64,000 nt of DNA from Rhodosorus marinus CCMP1338 (Eukaryota > Plantae > Rhodophyta), in assembly GCA_029953675.1 (NCBI GenBank), contig JAMWBK010000002.1, positions 3,348,001 to 3,412,000 on the forward strand, written 5' to 3'. Within the stretch, counting starts at the first letter, position 1. Each line of letters begins with the position of its first letter. The position numbers and the translations under genes were made by a program. The notes under the pieces are model-generated. The model searched no databases and was not told the origin of the DNA. It worked only from the letters and a program-made list of their open reading frames with translations. Shown here piece by piece: positions 61,412-64,000 of the stretch.

Positions 61412-63945
61412 ATGGGCAGCAACGAATCGAGTGAGACGAAGCGTCGGAAGCTTGGCAAGGCCGACGGTTTGTTATGAAGTCCCTGTCATTTGCTTACCAC
61501 AACATGTTCGCCTAGATGCTTCCGTTCTGCTACGTTTTTGATTAATTTCTGCCGGTTATCACGTTCGTACGGGGAATCAAGGAGGGCAGTGGTCTTCCAC
61601 TGCCGTGGATATTTCCTCCATACCTGAAACATCCCCTGCACCCTCAGAGATAGTTGCGGTGGTCGATGACAGGAAGCTTCCATGGGAAGTTGCTGCGTCA
61701 GTATCCGCAGCCTTGTCCATGCGCGCCATTGCTGGGGTGACGACTCAAGACCAGACAAATCCGAGTTCAAAAATGGACACTTTAATGCTGCCCGTTGAAG
61801 ATTACCGTAAAACTCCAGAAGATGAGGTAGTACTCACAAATCTGGCTGCTAACTTCCAGTGTTTCTGAAACCAGAGTTTCCGTTCAGCTCGTTTATCTCA
61901 AGAAGCAAGTGCTCGCTTTGAAGCTGGAGCTTCTGAGACGAACTGCGCATGATCAGGGCTCAAAGTCGATTGGTATCCGTGGGGAGCGAGCAGCTGGTCA
62001 CGCATTTATGAAGAATAATTTCACCCTGACTTGCTTCTCATGTATGTTTTAGCCCAGCCCAAGCCGAACAGGATATGCCCTGGGGCGCTGCGACTGAGAA
62101 ACATCGAAAGGTGGAGCGTGGATGAAATCCCATCCGACGACTCTACGGAGGCGGCGGACTGGCTATTCTCAGCCGTCCTGCAACTGATTGCGGAGAACTC
62201 ACTGAATGGAGTTGAAAAGTCATGTGCTCATCGGGACAATCTTGCGCTTCTATCCGAGCACATCACAAATCTCGGGGAGACCGATTCCCCAGAAGTCCGA
62301 ACCTTGATATGTGAGAGAACGGTTCGAAAGTCCTGCCCCCGCTCCTATTCTCTTCACTGGACAGAGTTGAGGCGCTCAAGCTCGGTCTCGTCTGCTAGGT
62401 GCAACTTGCTGCTTCGCTTGCGGACTCTGGGCTTCCAGTCTTGCAGGTTCCTCATGTTGTCATGTGCTGCTCGAGTCTGTCCCGGTGTGTCTCAGGTTAC
62501 CAGGGAGTGTGCAAAGGAGCCATGAGCGCAGCGGAGCGCTTGTTCGCTAAGTTAGAAACACGGAAATCTGGAAGTGATGTCCTCCGTCCCCAAACTCTCG
62601 ACTGTGTTGAGCGCTTGTGTGGAGCTTTGCAGGTTCTTGAGAGCATGTGCACAAGCCCAGGGTTCAAGCTCGAACGTGAAACCCGAGCTCTCCAACAGCG
62701 AGTGATCGCGCTCTATCCGTTGTATCCGCTCCCTTCGCTTCTGCATATGCACATCATTGCGAAACTTGATCGGGCTGTCACAGACCATGGGGACGGGCAA
62801 GAGGATTACGAGTACTCTCTGCCATCTACAAGTAGGTAGTAAACAAAGTCAGCACGACGAACACATAAGGAAATCTCGAGGGTTATGCATCTGCGCGGTC
62901 CTCGAGCGATGCATGTGTGGCACACTTGTCAAATTGGGAAGCCTCGGATAGCCGAGTTCTGTACTAGCTGGGTTTGCTGGCTAGAGCTGCATTCACCGGC
63001 CTCGACCTTCGAAAGGGTTATCGACGCTTGCTTGACAATCGATTTTCAGACAGTAACGGCGTTCTGCGCTCCCGGTGGTCTCCATGGCATGCTCTTTGGA
63101 CAGGAACAGGCGCCAACCGCATTGTTCACGACATAAGGGGTGTGCTTTCCGTGTTCATCCCAAGTTCGAGCCCGAACAAGTGAACTTTTTAACCTCCTCC
63201 TAGACGCCGAATGATAGGTCGCCCATCCACGCCCCGGTCCTCAAGCTGGCTCTTTTCTCAGGCGACGACGTGTCCAAGGAAGCTTTTTCCGTGGTGACAA
63301 CCAACCACGGAAAAAACTCCCTTGGACAAGTCTCCCCCCTCCTCCACGATTCCACGGAGACTCGTGAATAGTGGGCCACAGAATACGAAGACATGTCGTG
63401 TTTGCTGAATGCTGTCTAGCCATTCTAGAAGTCCAAAGTCAAGCGTTGCACGACTATGCCATCGTCGACCACTGGCCCAAGCACCAGGACTTCTGCTATG
63501 CGTCGGGCCTCGTGCTCCCTATTGCCATCCAAGAAAAGTTCAGATCTGACATCAGGGGCTCGAGGCAATTTTTTGGCTTCTGGCACTGCAGCGGTCCTCG
63601 TGACTCCCAATTCATGCTTTTAAGTAGAATTCGGATCTGGCGAATGGGTGGGGTCCGAGGTATTTTTAGATCTGCAGCCGGTTGAGATGAGATGAATTGA
63701 GTACGGAGGCCAAGGTTGCTTACCTACTGTGGCAAGAGTGGCATTTCTTTTCACGGGTTTTGTGTACTGGGAGTTCTGGGAAGAATTGTATGCTGTTTGG
63801 CTGGCATGCGATGGCAAGTGAATCTCAGGTCGGCCCTGATTACGGTTCAAGGTGGAAAGATGAAAGCGAGCAGTCTGATTGGCCTGATGGGAATTATTAT
63901 AGCACCGTGACGAATTGGGAGAGATTTGTCAATAGTTTTGAGTAA
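61412..63945 (+). CDS. Large multi-exon hypothetical protein; exon boundaries only partly resolved
   Basis: Chain of same-strand ORFs (61605, 62031, 62399, 62974, 63371, 63697) separated by intron-sized gaps. N-terminal KRRKL NLS-like motif; Cys/His/Trp-rich C-terminal part. Confidence 0.5.
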
Positions 63946-64000
63946 GTTTGGGCAGGGTGGTTCGCTTGGTTTCTGATCCAGCACTGTGATCATTGAGCTT

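Overview
Gene-dense eukaryotic nuclear DNA with about 25 protein-coding genes, short GT-AG introns (mostly 55-180 bp) and AT-rich islands between divergent genes. I found no mobile element, rRNA, tRNA or CRISPR array. Nuclear-encoded plastid proteins with MAFV/GFV-type transit peptides plus the compact architecture suggest a red alga (inference). Recognisable genes: AP-3 delta, a Sey1/RHD3-like GTPase, FNR (petH), ribose-5-phosphate isomerase, serine/alanine:glyoxylate aminotransferase, adenylate kinase, a two-RRM protein, an ABCI/ECF-type ATPase, proteasome alpha-5, USE1 SNARE, an ABC1 kinase, ICMT, an LPEAT/LPCAT acyltransferase, delta-14 sterol reductase, an F-box protein, a very long Uso1/p115 and an alpha/beta hydrolase. 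The standout is the adenylate kinase at 20034-21163. After splicing one intron it is circularly permuted: the P-loop/N-terminal segment (E. coli residues ~1-43) sits at the C-terminus and the enzyme core begins at residue ~44. Other notable items: a Sey1/RHD3 homolog without a transmembrane anchor, an alpha/beta hydrolase with all three triad positions apparently replaced, a ~3,050-aa Uso1 with a recent 63-bp repeat expansion, and a possible 71-aa CxxC...CxxC microprotein missed by the ORF track. All exon models were spliced by eye and need RNA-seq confirmation. Novelty could not be checked against databases.
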